56,374 bases of DNA from Candidatus Woesearchaeota archaeon (GCA_016185845.1 JACPMV010000046.1:1-56374); one strand, 5' to 3'; numbered from the stretch's first letter, positions 1 through 10,053 are shown. Numbers and translations are program-made. The notes: generated from the sequence alone by a model not told the origin.

Positions 1-47
1 AATATTTGTTGTTTATTATTTAAACAAGACAAAAAAGGCTGGATAAA

Positions 48-140
48 CCCTTATGAACGAAAATAAACAATTTTAAGCCATTTTCAGCCGAAACAAATCT
101 TTTAAAACATAAGGTACTGCGAATAAAGAATATATAAAAG
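48..140 (+). promoter_or_regulatory. Conserved upstream element + TATA box, operon 1
   Basis: 48-79 matches 2428-2459 at 30/32 nt; TATATAAAA lies at 131 and at 2511 (same 2380-nt offset). Confidence 0.7.
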
Positions 141-159
141 GATAGGTTAATGCTATAAA

Positions 160-1143
160 ATGAGCCGAATCAAGTTATTTTTTATTTTATTGGCAACTGC
201 CATGCTCTTTATTGCTGGCTGCGCGCAGGGCCAAAATTCAAATGAAGATTTGGAATTTAAAAATATGTGCCAGCAATCAGGCTATCAATGGATGAAGATG
301 AGGCCTACCGAGAACGGCAAATTCATCAGGGACGCAGGGGAATGCTTTGGTTGCATGGTTGAAATCGAGCATGTTTGTGGCAGGGAAAAATTTGAAGAGA
401 TGACGGGAAATATGGAAAACAATATGCATTCAATGCAGCATATGGCCATGACAGCGCATGCGGGCACCAGAAGCTCTGTTGACATTCATATGTATAAAGT
501 CGGCTTTATAAGGCCTGATGCGCAGCTTGGAAAAGAAGGACTGCTTAAATTCACAATTAACGATATACAGTTCAAAAAACCAGTATCGGATTTAGAAATA
601 GTCCATGATAAAATAATGCACGTTGTTCTTGTAAGAAATGACTTAAAACATTTTGACCATGTTCATACTGAAATGACAGAGCCAGGAGTTTTTTCTGTTC
701 CTTACAAATTTTCTTCGTCAGGAACTTACAGAATCTGGGTTGATTTTACGATAAATGGAATGCAGCATATTGTCGATTTTGACATTAATGTCCCGGGCAG
801 TGTGGAATTAGGGGAAAAAGATATGCTAGACGGGCTGAAAGTTAATTTTATTTCATCGAAAGAAATTGCAGCAGGAAAAGAAACTGAGTTAAAATTTGAA
901 ATTTTTGACAAAAGCAATAAGCCAGCCCCAATAACAGAGAAATTTTTAGCTGCAAATGCCCACTTGATAGCAATAGACGAAGCTTTGGAAGAATTCAACC
1001 ACAATCATGACGAGAATTTTGACGAGGATAACGAGCTAATATTCAGTCACACATTTACAGAGTCTGGAAAATACAGGCTTTGGGTCCAATTTTTAGCGGA
1101 AGGAAAAGTTAGAACAGCCGGCTTTGATATTGTGGTGAAATAA
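160..1143 (+). CDS. Secreted/lipoprotein, His/Met-rich putative heavy-metal (Cu) binding protein with duplicated domain
   Basis: Signal ending IAGC; two repeats MHVVLV..FDHVH..GTYRIWVDF / AHLIAI..FNHNH..GKYRLWVQF; MHSMQHMAM linker. Confidence 0.6.
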   Translation: MSRIKLFFILLATAMLFIAGCAQGQNSNEDLEFKNMCQQSGYQWMKMRPTENGKFIRDAGECFGCMVEIEHVCGREKFEEMTGNMENNMHSMQHMAMTAHAGTRSSVDIHMYKVGFIRPDAQLGKEGLLKFTINDIQFKKPVSDLEIVHDKIMHVVLVRNDLKHFDHVHTEMTEPGVFSVPYKFSSSGTYRIWVDFTINGMQHIVDFDINVPGSVELGEKDMLDGLKVNFISSKEIAAGKETELKFEIFDKSNKPAPITEKFLAANAHLIAIDEALEEFNHNHDENFDEDNELIFSHTFTESGKYRLWVQFLAEGKVRTAGFDIVVK

Positions 1144-1144
1144 T

Positions 1145-1696
1145 ATGAAAAAGATGCGATTAATGCTATTAATTTTCATCTTTGCAATTTTTGCAATTGG
1201 CTGCTCTCAAAATAATCCGCAGAAAACAGCGCAGGATACTATAAGCAACCTGAGGAAATTCGCCCCTGTCTCTTCAGAGTACCCAAACAAGCCCGCTCCT
1301 TTATTTACTCTGACAGACGATAAGGGAGTTCAATTCACAAGCGAGGACCTGAAGGGCAAAATCTATGTTCTGCAGGGATTTTCTCCCGGGTGCAGCTCCT
1401 GCGCAAGAGAAATAGGGAATTTAAATAAAGTCTACAATAATTTTCAAGATAAGAATGTTGAAATAATCTCATTGGATATTTTAAGCGAGGACATAAGCGG
1501 GGCTTTGGACACAAAGGAGCAGTTTAACGGCGGAGACTGGATATGGGCAGTTGATTTTGACGATGTCGCTGCAAAATTCGGAATGAGAACTTTGGAGTCC
1601 ACCTACATTGTGGATAAGGAAGGCATTATACGGTATAAAGACGAGATAATCAGCAATCCCGACACGCTAATAAAAGAAATTGAAAAGCTGGTATAA
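1145..1696 (+). CDS. TlpA/ResA-family thiol-disulfide oxidoreductase (lipoprotein)
   Basis: AIGC lipobox; APLFTLTD..GK; CSSC; YIVDKEGIIRY. Confidence 0.85.
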   Translation: MKKMRLMLLIFIFAIFAIGCSQNNPQKTAQDTISNLRKFAPVSSEYPNKPAPLFTLTDDKGVQFTSEDLKGKIYVLQGFSPGCSSCAREIGNLNKVYNNFQDKNVEIISLDILSEDISGALDTKEQFNGGDWIWAVDFDDVAAKFGMRTLESTYIVDKEGIIRYKDEIISNPDTLIKEIEKLV

Positions 1697-1697
1697 T

Positions 1698-2417
1698 ATG
1701 GTAAGCTTATCGTTGGCTGCATTGGCTTTTTCTTCCGGCATGATTACTTTTGTCAACCCATGCGGGTTCGCGCTTCTGCCGGTGTACATAACCTACTATT
1801 TTAAGAACGAGGGCCTGGAAAAAAGCTCTGCTGCAAAAAGAATTTTTGCTGCCTTGATATTGGGATTGATTGTAAGCCTGGGCTTTGTTGCCGTATTTTT
1901 ATTGATAGGCTCGGTATTTAATTATATCGGAAAGGGGCTGTTGGCCTACGTAGGATGGCTTGACTTTGGCATCGGAATATTGCTGATGGTTATAGGGTTT
2001 ATCTATCTGTTTAACTTGAATGCAAAGCTCAATTTAAGCAAGCTAACTAATCTGGGAGAAAAGCTCAAATCAAACAAATTAAGCAATAAATACGCTTCAT
2101 TCTTCCTGTACGGGGCGGGATTTGCAATAGCATCATTGGCGTGCACTCTGCCAATATTCCTGCTTATTGTCGCAACTGCTGCAAAAGCAGGCGGCTTTGC
2201 AGGCAGCATGCTGGTTTTCCTGATTTATGCGGCTGGGATGAGCCTGTTTATGATCCTGTTTTCAGTGGCAATCGCATTATCGAAGAGCGCAATAGAAAGA
2301 ACATTAAAAAGATGGATGCCTCACATATACAAGCTTGGAGCAATAATAGTGATTTTGGCAGGAGCTTATTTGATATACAATCAGGTAGTACTTGGAAAGC
2401 TGTTTAGTTATATATAA
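1698..2417 (+). CDS. ccdA: CcdA/DsbD-type transmembrane electron transporter
   Basis: NPCGFALLPVY and SLACTLP Cys motifs; about 6 TM; ATG at 1698 follows the tlpA stop. Confidence 0.88.
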   Translation: MVSLSLAALAFSSGMITFVNPCGFALLPVYITYYFKNEGLEKSSAAKRIFAALILGLIVSLGFVAVFLLIGSVFNYIGKGLLAYVGWLDFGIGILLMVIGFIYLFNLNAKLNLSKLTNLGEKLKSNKLSNKYASFFLYGAGFAIASLACTLPIFLLIVATAAKAGGFAGSMLVFLIYAAGMSLFMILFSVAIALSKSAIERTLKRWMPHIYKLGAIIVILAGAYLIYNQVVLGKLFSYI

Positions 2418-2427
2418 GGCAAATTAG

Positions 2428-2528
2428 CCCTTATGAACGATAATAAACCATTTTAAGCCTTTTTTAAGGCAAATAAGGTTTTTAAACAATACTGTTTTCC
2501 AAGTAAAATATATATAAAAATATAAAAA
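2428..2528 (+). promoter_or_regulatory. Conserved upstream element + TATA box, operon 2
   Basis: Near-copy of 48-140. Confidence 0.7.
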
Positions 2529-2548
2529 GCCCTTAATTACATATAAAA

Positions 2549-3652
2549 ATGACTCACGAAAGCAAAGATGACCTTTTTTTAGAGAAAGTTATAATATTCT
2601 TAATCGTTTTAGTTGGAGCTATCCTTATTTACAGCCGATTCCAGTTTGCGAAATTGTCATCTAATATTTTCTTTAACGCTGCTTCATTTTTACTGGTATT
2701 AGCTCTAATAGGATTAGTTGTATGGTTATTTTTAAGCAAGGAAAAAGGTGAACATGCCTTGCACCATATTGAGCACGTTGCAAAAGCTGAAAGAAAGCCA
2801 TTCACCTTTTTTGAGAAAGTAAGCTACAGCCTTGTTGCTGCTGTTGCTTTTATGGTATTTTTCAGCCAGATCCAGATTTCGCAAGTCAATGCCTTGGTTA
2901 GCGGAACATCATCCTCGATAAGCAGTTTTGCCAAGTCTGTATCAACTCCCTTAAAGCTCGGCTCAGGCAAAGGCGGTGTAGTTATAGGCCCTCAATTGAA
3001 TACAGATGGCAGAACAACTAAACTAGTGGAATGGCCTACAATAAGTGAAACTCCTTCTCCGAAAGAAACAGGAAACCCTACGCAGGATGCAATTGCGGCA
3101 GTTGTGCCGACAGGCACTCCTTTTTATATTTTGGAAGGTCCGGGATTAGAGAGGATAAGGGGTGCAACTTTTGACGACCCGATAACAAGCCAAAAGGTCT
3201 GGGCTTCTTTGCTTGGCTCCAGGAGATTTGGAACAGAGAATGCAATACAGCTTACGCCAGAAGAAGAGCAAAGATGGAATAAGCTTACAGGCGTTTTTAC
3301 ATGCGATTTTTGCTGTGGCGGCCCAAATAGCGTTACAACGATAAACAGGTGCGGATGCGCCCATAGCTATGCATGGCAGGGCATGGCAAAATTCTTCATA
3401 AAATATTATCCGGAGTACACTGATGAGCAGATACTTGGCGAGATGACAAAATGGAAAGGCCTATGGTATCCTCAGGGAATGATTCAGGATTATTTGGTAT
3501 ACACTGGCCAGCAGCCGGCAGATATACTGACCCATGGCGGCTCAATCGGAATAAGGCAGCAGTTCCTTCAGAGCGGCTCAAGTGCCCAGCAGCAAACTCA
3601 CGCATCAGTAACACCGCTTGACCAGCTGCCTTCAATGGTCGGCGGATGTTAA
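2549..3652 (+). CDS. Membrane protein with Cys/His cluster (CDFCCG..CGCAHS) and C-terminal LPSMVGGC
   Basis: 3 N-terminal TM segments; Cys-rich soluble domain. Confidence 0.75.
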   Translation: MTHESKDDLFLEKVIIFLIVLVGAILIYSRFQFAKLSSNIFFNAASFLLVLALIGLVVWLFLSKEKGEHALHHIEHVAKAERKPFTFFEKVSYSLVAAVAFMVFFSQIQISQVNALVSGTSSSISSFAKSVSTPLKLGSGKGGVVIGPQLNTDGRTTKLVEWPTISETPSPKETGNPTQDAIAAVVPTGTPFYILEGPGLERIRGATFDDPITSQKVWASLLGSRRFGTENAIQLTPEEEQRWNKLTGVFTCDFCCGGPNSVTTINRCGCAHSYAWQGMAKFFIKYYPEYTDEQILGEMTKWKGLWYPQGMIQDYLVYTGQQPADILTHGGSIGIRQQFLQSGSSAQQQTHASVTPLDQLPSMVGGC

Positions 3653-3722
3653 AGAATAAAATAAATCAAATAACAATCCAAAACTTTAAATAAACTTAAA
3701 AATTAACAAGGAGGAGGTAAAT

Positions 3723-3920
3723 ATGAACAGAAACGTAATAATTGTGATTGTGCTTGTAGTTTTGGTGCTACTGACAGCTGTTCAGGCAATACAATTAAGT
3801 GCGCTGAAGTCAAGCATAAGCACAGGCAAAGTTGCTGTTGGAAGCGTTCCAGTCCAAAGCTCGGGCGCATCAATTCCATCAAACATACAAGATCTGCCTT
3901 CAATGGTCGGCGGATGTTAG
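3723..3920 (+). CDS. Small single-TM protein ending LPSMVGGC
   Basis: Strong SD (GGAGGAGGT); same C-terminus as the upstream gene. Confidence 0.8.
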   Translation: MNRNVIIVIVLVVLVLLTAVQAIQLSALKSSISTGKVAVGSVPVQSSGASIPSNIQDLPSMVGGC

Positions 3921-3941
3921 CATAATAATGGGTGGTAAAAA

Positions 3942-4145
3942 ATGAATGCAAAACTAGTGGTATTGTTAGTTTTAGTTGTTGGAGTGATGTTGGCAGGTTG
4001 CAATTCAGCAAGCAGCGATGGCTACGCATCTTACAACCAGCAGCAAGGCCAGCAACAGGGCGGCCAATATGTTGGCGGCGGCTGCGGAGTTGCTGCAGAA
4101 ACAGATTATTCAGTTCCATCAGCAGGCCAAGCTTCCGGGTTTTAG
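3942..4145 (+). CDS. Small lipoprotein with YVGGGCG motif
   Basis: LAGC lipobox; GGGTGG SD; Q-rich linker. Confidence 0.7.
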   Translation: MNAKLVVLLVLVVGVMLAGCNSASSDGYASYNQQQGQQQGGQYVGGGCGVAAETDYSVPSAGQASGF

Positions 4146-4151
4146 TTAAAA

Positions 4152-4622
4152 ATGGAGCTAAGCAAGAGAGAGAAGCGCAAGCTTAGGCTGGAAAAGCTCA
4201 GGCAGGAAAGCCATGAAGCACATAATGAATACGAGCAGAGGCTTGAGCATCAAAAAGAGCTCCATCAGTCACACGAAAAATCAAAAAAATCAAGATATTA
4301 CATAATCGGGGCGGTTATTGGAATTTTGATTTTGTCAATACTGGCTTACTCAGTTTATTCAGTCAACAAGCCCGGTCCTTACGACAGCTTTGCCAAATGC
4401 CTTGCCGAAAAAGGCGCCGTGATGTACGGTGCAATGGACTGGTGCAAATACACCCAGGCGCAAAAAGGAATGTTTGGAAAGTCATTCAAGTACATTAACT
4501 ATCATGAATTTCAGGAACTGCCGGGCATAAAGAAGACGCCAACATGGGTTGTAAATGGGGAATGGCATGAAAACGTCCAGCCGTTTGACAAGTTATCTGC
4601 GCTGACCGGATGCAAAATTTAA
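4152..4622 (+). CDS. Membrane-anchored thioredoxin/glutaredoxin-like protein (VKOR-associated Trx type), CxxT variant
   Basis: FAKCLAEKGAVMYGAMDWCKYTQAQK..PTW..LTGC. Confidence 0.7.
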   Translation: MELSKREKRKLRLEKLRQESHEAHNEYEQRLEHQKELHQSHEKSKKSRYYIIGAVIGILILSILAYSVYSVNKPGPYDSFAKCLAEKGAVMYGAMDWCKYTQAQKGMFGKSFKYINYHEFQELPGIKKTPTWVVNGEWHENVQPFDKLSALTGCKI

Positions 4623-4633
4623 AGTGATTTTGA

Positions 4634-5800
4634 ATGGAAGAAAAAAAAGAAGGGCATCATCATATTCATAGTACGCATCATATCAATAAAAAAAATAAAC
4701 TTGATATTCTCCTTATAGTTGCCGCTGTCCTTGGAGTTATTTTGATAATAAACATATTTTTGGCATTCGGCATAAACCAAAATTTAAAGAAGAACATTGA
4801 AGCAGCCAAGGAAGCTGCAAGGCCTGCAAAAATACAATTGACCTTAATAAAAAATTCAAAATGCGCTGACTGCTTTGATGCTTCTGTGCTTGTGGATTAC
4901 GTCAAGTCGCAAAAAATAGAGCTGCTGAATGAAAAAGCCATAGAATTCAATTCAAATGAGGCAAAAGAGCTGATAAGCAAATATAAAATTGAGAAAATTC
5001 CGTCTATCTTAATTACCGGAGAGCTGGAAAAGCTGAATCTGGACGGCTTTGATAAAATCCAGGACGCTTTGGTTTTGAGCCAGATAAATCCCCCATATAC
5101 AGATGCCGCAAGCGGCAAAGTCAAGGGACGGGTAAGCCTAAAGCTTGTAAAAGACGAGTCTTGCGTGAAATGCGATAATATGGAAGCCCTTATAGGACAA
5201 ATAAACCTTGCAGGCATAAAGCTAGGGGAGAATAAGAACATAAGCGCATCCAGCCAGGAAGGCAAGGCATTGATTGCAAAATACAAAATTGGATTTGTCC
5301 CGACTATTGTCTTGTCTGAAGATGCAGGGGAATATGCAATAATACAGCAGGCATGGCCGTCAATAGGCACCAAGGAAAAAGATGCTTATGTCTTAAGGAC
5401 AGTTTACCCGCCCTTCATAAATTTAACAACAGGCCAGTTAAGGGGATTGATAGACATTATTTATCTTACAGATAACAGCTGTGCTGATTGCTACAATGTA
5501 AGCTTCCATAAATCCGTATTGACAAGCCAGCAAAGCTTTGCAATGGCTATTGGGAATGAAAAAACAGCCGATATATCATCTGCAGAAGGGGAGGATTTGG
5601 TGTCAAAATACAGCATAACTCAGGTTCCTACCGTCATACTTTCTTCTGAAGCAGGAGTTTATCCTTCAAGCACGGGGCTGGCACAGTTCTTCTCAATAGA
5701 AAAGGACAACTCCTATGTCTTCAGGCAGCCGAGTGTTGTTGGAGCATATAAGGACCTGACAACAAATAGTATTGTAAAGCCGCAGCAAGAAGTGCAGTAA
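4634..5800 (+). CDS. Membrane-anchored protein with three tandem CxxC thioredoxin-like repeats
   Basis: CADC, CVKC, CADC, each followed by E(G/A)xxL(I/V)xKYxIxx(I/V)P; His-rich N-terminus. Confidence 0.75.
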   Translation: MEEKKEGHHHIHSTHHINKKNKLDILLIVAAVLGVILIINIFLAFGINQNLKKNIEAAKEAARPAKIQLTLIKNSKCADCFDASVLVDYVKSQKIELLNEKAIEFNSNEAKELISKYKIEKIPSILITGELEKLNLDGFDKIQDALVLSQINPPYTDAASGKVKGRVSLKLVKDESCVKCDNMEALIGQINLAGIKLGENKNISASSQEGKALIAKYKIGFVPTIVLSEDAGEYAIIQQAWPSIGTKEKDAYVLRTVYPPFINLTTGQLRGLIDIIYLTDNSCADCYNVSFHKSVLTSQQSFAMAIGNEKTADISSAEGEDLVSKYSITQVPTVILSSEAGVYPSSTGLAQFFSIEKDNSYVFRQPSVVGAYKDLTTNSIVKPQQEVQ

Positions 5801-5802
5801 GC

Positions 5803-6384
5803 ATGAGCAAAAAAGACATGGTTTTTTATGCCCTGATTGCCATTTTGCTATTACTGTTCCTATGGCAGTGGTTTTCAAAGGGGGCTTTGCTCGGGCAATT
5901 AAGCATGCAGTTAAGCGAGCTGCAGAAGGACAACAAGGACATTATGCTGTTATCGGGTGTCGGTCCCTTAAGGTCTGCGCATAACCATGCAGATGTCAAA
6001 GTTTACATCAACGGCAAAGCGATTGATTTCTCGCAAAGCAAATACCAGCTGGCTGCAAGATTCATTCATTTTGAGGAAGGCATTGGAGATGTGATCCATA
6101 CCCATGCAACCGGCCTGACAATTGGGCATTTATTTAAATCTCTTGGCGCGGATTTCGGCAGTAACTGCCTTGCATTTGAGGAAGCTGATTACTGCAATGG
6201 GGGAAATGCAAGATTAAGGTTTTATGTCAACGGCAAGCCAAACGATGAATTTGACAATTATGTCATAAAAGACCTTGACAAGATCTTGGTTTCTTACGGG
6301 AACGAAAGCGAAGAAGAACTCCAAAAGCAATTGAATTCAGTCACTAATTTGGCAGCAAAGTACAGCGCAAACAGGTATTCTTAG
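5803..6384 (+). CDS. Membrane-anchored His-rich hypothetical (HxHAD..IHFE..IHTH), possible metal binding
   Basis: N-terminal TM; conserved-looking His motifs; one Cys pair. Confidence 0.6.
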   Translation: MSKKDMVFYALIAILLLLFLWQWFSKGALLGQLSMQLSELQKDNKDIMLLSGVGPLRSAHNHADVKVYINGKAIDFSQSKYQLAARFIHFEEGIGDVIHTHATGLTIGHLFKSLGADFGSNCLAFEEADYCNGGNARLRFYVNGKPNDEFDNYVIKDLDKILVSYGNESEEELQKQLNSVTNLAAKYSANRYS

Positions 6385-6750
6385 ATTTTTCAATAATTAT
6401 TTTTTTAGAATTTTAAGATTATTTTTATTGAAAGGTATTATTAATGAAATCGTTCGTTATTGAAAGTGCGCTAATTGTCCAGCGCAGGTAGAGCTAAAAT
6501 AATCAAGCGTTTAAACGCATTAACTAACACCCAATAACTAAAAAAACAATACGATTTAACATTAAATAAATCCATTACGAAAATTACAATAAAAATAACG
6601 AGAACGACCACTTTAGGCAAGCGTGATTTGGGTAACCCTTTTTATCTGGATGAACTATAAATCTTCTCGTCAAAATCACTTAAAGCGAAATCTTTAAATA
6701 CTACTTATCTAATGTAAACTATATTCTAAAAGCTATAAATGGGGGATATA

Positions 6751-7026
6751 ATGGCTATGCAAAATAAGGAGATATTCAATGTTTTTTTCAGGGAAAAGCC
6801 AGCAATGATGCTGGTTGAATTGAAAAATGCAAAAGGCGAGATTTATGCTTCTTCAGTCGCAAAAACAGTTGACTGCACTTATTCACATGTTGTGAAAATT
6901 CTTCAGGAGATGCAGAAAGCCGGCCTGATAAACTTCGAAAAGCAGGGCAGGCTGAAATTATTGACGCTTACAAAAATGGGCCAGGAAGTCGCAGACAAGA
7001 TTGACGGGATAAGGGCTGTTCTGTAG
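6751..7026 (+). CDS. Winged-helix (MarR-like) DNA-binding protein
   Basis: SHVVKILQEMQKAGLI..GR..LTLTKMG wHTH pattern. Confidence 0.8.
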   Translation: MAMQNKEIFNVFFREKPAMMLVELKNAKGEIYASSVAKTVDCTYSHVVKILQEMQKAGLINFEKQGRLKLLTLTKMGQEVADKIDGIRAVL

Positions 7027-7064
7027 AATTATGATAGTTCTTTTAAGAAATCATATCTAAAAGT

Positions 7065-8492
7065 CTACCCAATCTTCTCCACAGCGGCATACTTCCCAAG
7101 AATTTCTTTTGCAGCTTCAAAAAACTCATTTTCCTTGTCTGTTGGAATGACAGCTCCAGCAGCGTTCTGATGGCCTCCTGATTCTGAATTGCCTATGCCG
7201 CCAATTATCTCTTCAATTATCCTTCTCAGGTCAAGGGCGCCGTTGATATTGTTAGTTGTCCGCAAAGAAATTTTTGTATTTCCTTCAAGCGCCTGGGCCA
7301 TGGAAAGTATAAACGTATTATTAGTCATCACATTTGATTTGGATAATATCGAGGCAAGAGTGCCAATCATGGTTGACATGACATTGTCTTTCGCATTTAT
7401 TATCACAAAGTTGTTGCCCCAAAATATATCATCTGAAAACTTATTCTCATTGTACCAGTTCAATGCCTTGACTATCTCTTTTTTATAATCACCAAGGCTT
7501 CTTATTGCCTGCTGCTTGATTTTCTTGTCGCCCATGCAAGCTCCGATTCCATAAGACGCCTTTCCAAGCCTTCCGCATGCATTGAGCAAGGTTGCAAACT
7601 CTTTAGCATCTCTTGTAGGGCTTTCCTCGTCTTCATGAGGCAGGATATACACATTTCCAAGGACATCATCGGGCCTGGACTCGCTGAGCCTCTTCATGAT
7701 TACTCCTGTGACGAGCTTTTTCATGTCTTCCTGGTCCAGATGAACTATCTTTTTCCAGCCATTGCCGTTTTTTGGGTCTATGCCTATTTGGTACAGGAAC
7801 TGTATTGCGCCTGATTCAGAGCCGGAAACACCGGGTATATATGGGTCTGTGCAGTATTCAAGCGCTTTATGCAGCGGCTTGGTCTGGGACCCAAATATCC
7901 TTAGCCCTATATCGACTTTTATCTTGTTTTTCCTGACAGCAACATCCAGAATCTCTTTGTTCAGCTGCATGAATCCATTCTGTTCCTGCAAATCACCTAC
8001 AGCTCCAATTATGGCTATATGCGCCATTTCTTCCATGGCTGGGTCAACAGCGCATGCAAATTTAAACACAACCCCTGCGCCTGAAATCTCTTTGCCTCCG
8101 TCAATGCCCTGAAGGTGAGGGTTTACAAAAACAATGTCTCCATAATCCTCATTTGCTATGCTGTGGTGGTCAAGAATAAACACTTTTTTGCCTTTTAGGT
8201 GCTCTTTTATTTCATCTATCAGTCCGGAGCCTATATCTGTAAATACAAAGCAGTTATACGGCTCAGAAGCAAGCTGAGTTATCACTGCCAAATTCAGCTG
8301 CTGCACTATTGAAACAGAGTATTTCCGGTTTTCTGCGCTGAGCAGTTTCACCATGATGGATGCCGCGCTTATTCCGTCAGCATCAAGGTGGCTTACCAGC
8401 CTTATCGCTTCCTTTTTGTCAATCTGCCTGAATGACTCTGCAGCTTTTCTCAGGCTTTCACTGAATTGTTCATAAGAATCCATCAAATGCAC
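7065..8492 (-). CDS. DHH/DHHA1 phosphoesterase, archaeal RecJ/GAN-like nuclease
   Basis: HLDADG, TDIG, DHH, GAVGD, GGHQNAAG motifs. Confidence 0.88.
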   Translation of the reverse strand: MHLMDSYEQFSESLRKAAESFRQIDKKEAIRLVSHLDADGISAASIMVKLLSAENRKYSVSIVQQLNLAVITQLASEPYNCFVFTDIGSGLIDEIKEHLKGKKVFILDHHSIANEDYGDIVFVNPHLQGIDGGKEISGAGVVFKFACAVDPAMEEMAHIAIIGAVGDLQEQNGFMQLNKEILDVAVRKNKIKVDIGLRIFGSQTKPLHKALEYCTDPYIPGVSGSESGAIQFLYQIGIDPKNGNGWKKIVHLDQEDMKKLVTGVIMKRLSESRPDDVLGNVYILPHEDEESPTRDAKEFATLLNACGRLGKASYGIGACMGDKKIKQQAIRSLGDYKKEIVKALNWYNENKFSDDIFWGNNFVIINAKDNVMSTMIGTLASILSKSNVMTNNTFILSMAQALEGNTKISLRTTNNINGALDLRRIIEEIIGGIGNSESGGHQNAAGAVIPTDKENEFFEAAKEILGKYAAVEKIG

Positions 8493-8602
8493 CTTAAAAA
8501 TAGTAGGTTTTTAAGAACATAGCTCGTATTTATAAGTTTTCTTTTATTTAAGTTAAATAAAAATCACCCATTGTAATTTTAGATAATTATAAATCAAATA
8601 GT

Positions 8603-9193
8603 TCATTTGCCAAGAGTTTGATCCCTTGCTCTTCGAGCTAAGGTATAACCTATTCTTACCTCACTGACAATTTCTTGATTTTCAATATTTGGATGAAAGA
8701 TACCATAAAATGGATTCCACCCTCCTCTAAATTTTCTTACAAAACCAGAGCCATCAAAAATGGGTTCATATGATTCCCAAAAACCATGTCCAGTTTTAAC
8801 TATTCTTTCTTTTACCTCAAAACATCTTTGGGCTACCTCATCAATGCTATCTGCACTTTTCTTTGGTGGTTCATCACTAAAACATACTCTTATATCATAC
8901 ATCCAACCCCTATCATAAAAGATAACTTGCGGTTGCGTATCTTTATTTATAGCAACCAGATAGACTACTGGGCGTCTGTCATTGTCTGTTGTGCTTACTC
9001 TGTAGCCTTCAAATTCACCTTTCACAATTGATGGGGAGTTAAACATATAATCATCTTTACCGGTAATTGCTCGGTATTCATAGTCTTGATCAAGAAATTC
9101 AGTGTATGCTCCAACAATAGCAGAAACTAGTAATGCAGCTCTTGTTTTTCTCCATCTTCTTCTCTTAGGTATCTTCTTAGGCTTCTTTTCCAT
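8603..9193 (-). CDS. Hypothetical protein with basic N-terminus and single TM/signal
   Basis: 196-aa ORF; no recognised family. Confidence 0.55.
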   Translation of the reverse strand: MEKKPKKIPKRRRWRKTRAALLVSAIVGAYTEFLDQDYEYRAITGKDDYMFNSPSIVKGEFEGYRVSTTDNDRRPVVYLVAINKDTQPQVIFYDRGWMYDIRVCFSDEPPKKSADSIDEVAQRCFEVKERIVKTGHGFWESYEPIFDGSGFVRKFRGGWNPFYGIFHPNIENQEIVSEVRIGYTLARRARDQTLGK

Positions 9194-9318
9194 ACTCGGA
9201 TAAGAATAGATTACTACTATATTAAAGTAGTGAAAATTTAAGGTATATACGATAAAATTAATATTTTATTGACATATATAATTTTACAGAAAACGTTATA
9301 ATTAACTAAATTTATTAG

Positions 9319-10014
9319 CTACTCTCCAAACCTTCTTTCTCTTTTATTGAACTCCTGTACGCATTTGACCAAATCTTTTTTTTTAAACTCTGGCCATAGC
9401 TTTTTGACAAATATCCATTCACTGTAGGCGCTCTGCCACATCAGAAAATTAGATGTCCTTATCTCCCCTCCGGGTCTTATGACCATGTCAGGCTCGCTTT
9501 GCAGGTAAAGATTCTGAGTTATCAGGCTTTCATTGATGTCGCTTGGCTTTATTTTTTTTGAATTTTTTATTGCCTTCCTGAAGGCATCAACTATCTCCTG
9601 CCTGCCTCCGTAAGCCATAGCAAAATTAACTGTGAACTTGCTGTATTTTTTTGTCTTTGACATTATTTCAAGCATAGAACGTTTCATACCTTTAGGAAAC
9701 ATGTTGATTCTTCCGATAAAATTAAACCTTATCCCTTCCTTAAAGACCCCTTTTTTCTCTTTTATATCCTCAATTTCGTTCCTGAACAAGCCAAACAGGT
9801 AATCAATCTCCCTTTTTGTCCTGTTGAAATTTTCAGTAGAGAATGTGTAAAGCGTCAGTTCTTTTACTCCAAGCTCCCGGCACCATTTAAACAGATCTTC
9901 GAGCTTCTTCAGCCCAAACTCATGACCTTTTAAGGAATTCAGGCCGAGCTTTTTGGCATATCTCCTGTTGCCGTCAAGGATAATTCCTATGTGATTAGGC
10001 GCCTTAGAAACCAT
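9319..10014 (-). CDS. uppS: cis-prenyltransferase (undecaprenyl diphosphate synthase)
   Basis: HIGIILDGNRRYA, FSTENFNR, YGGRQEI, RPGGEIRTSNF. Confidence 0.95.
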   Translation of the reverse strand: MVSKAPNHIGIILDGNRRYAKKLGLNSLKGHEFGLKKLEDLFKWCRELGVKELTLYTFSTENFNRTKREIDYLFGLFRNEIEDIKEKKGVFKEGIRFNFIGRINMFPKGMKRSMLEIMSKTKKYSKFTVNFAMAYGGRQEIVDAFRKAIKNSKKIKPSDINESLITQNLYLQSEPDMVIRPGGEIRTSNFLMWQSAYSEWIFVKKLWPEFKKKDLVKCVQEFNKRERRFGE

Positions 10015-10053
10015 TGGAAAGCGAAAGCTAGATTTGTTTATATACCTTTTGAA

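Noticed and set aside
6385..6740. tRNA or ncRNA in the intergenic gap
   Set aside because: No cloverleaf, T-loop consensus or convincing stems seen
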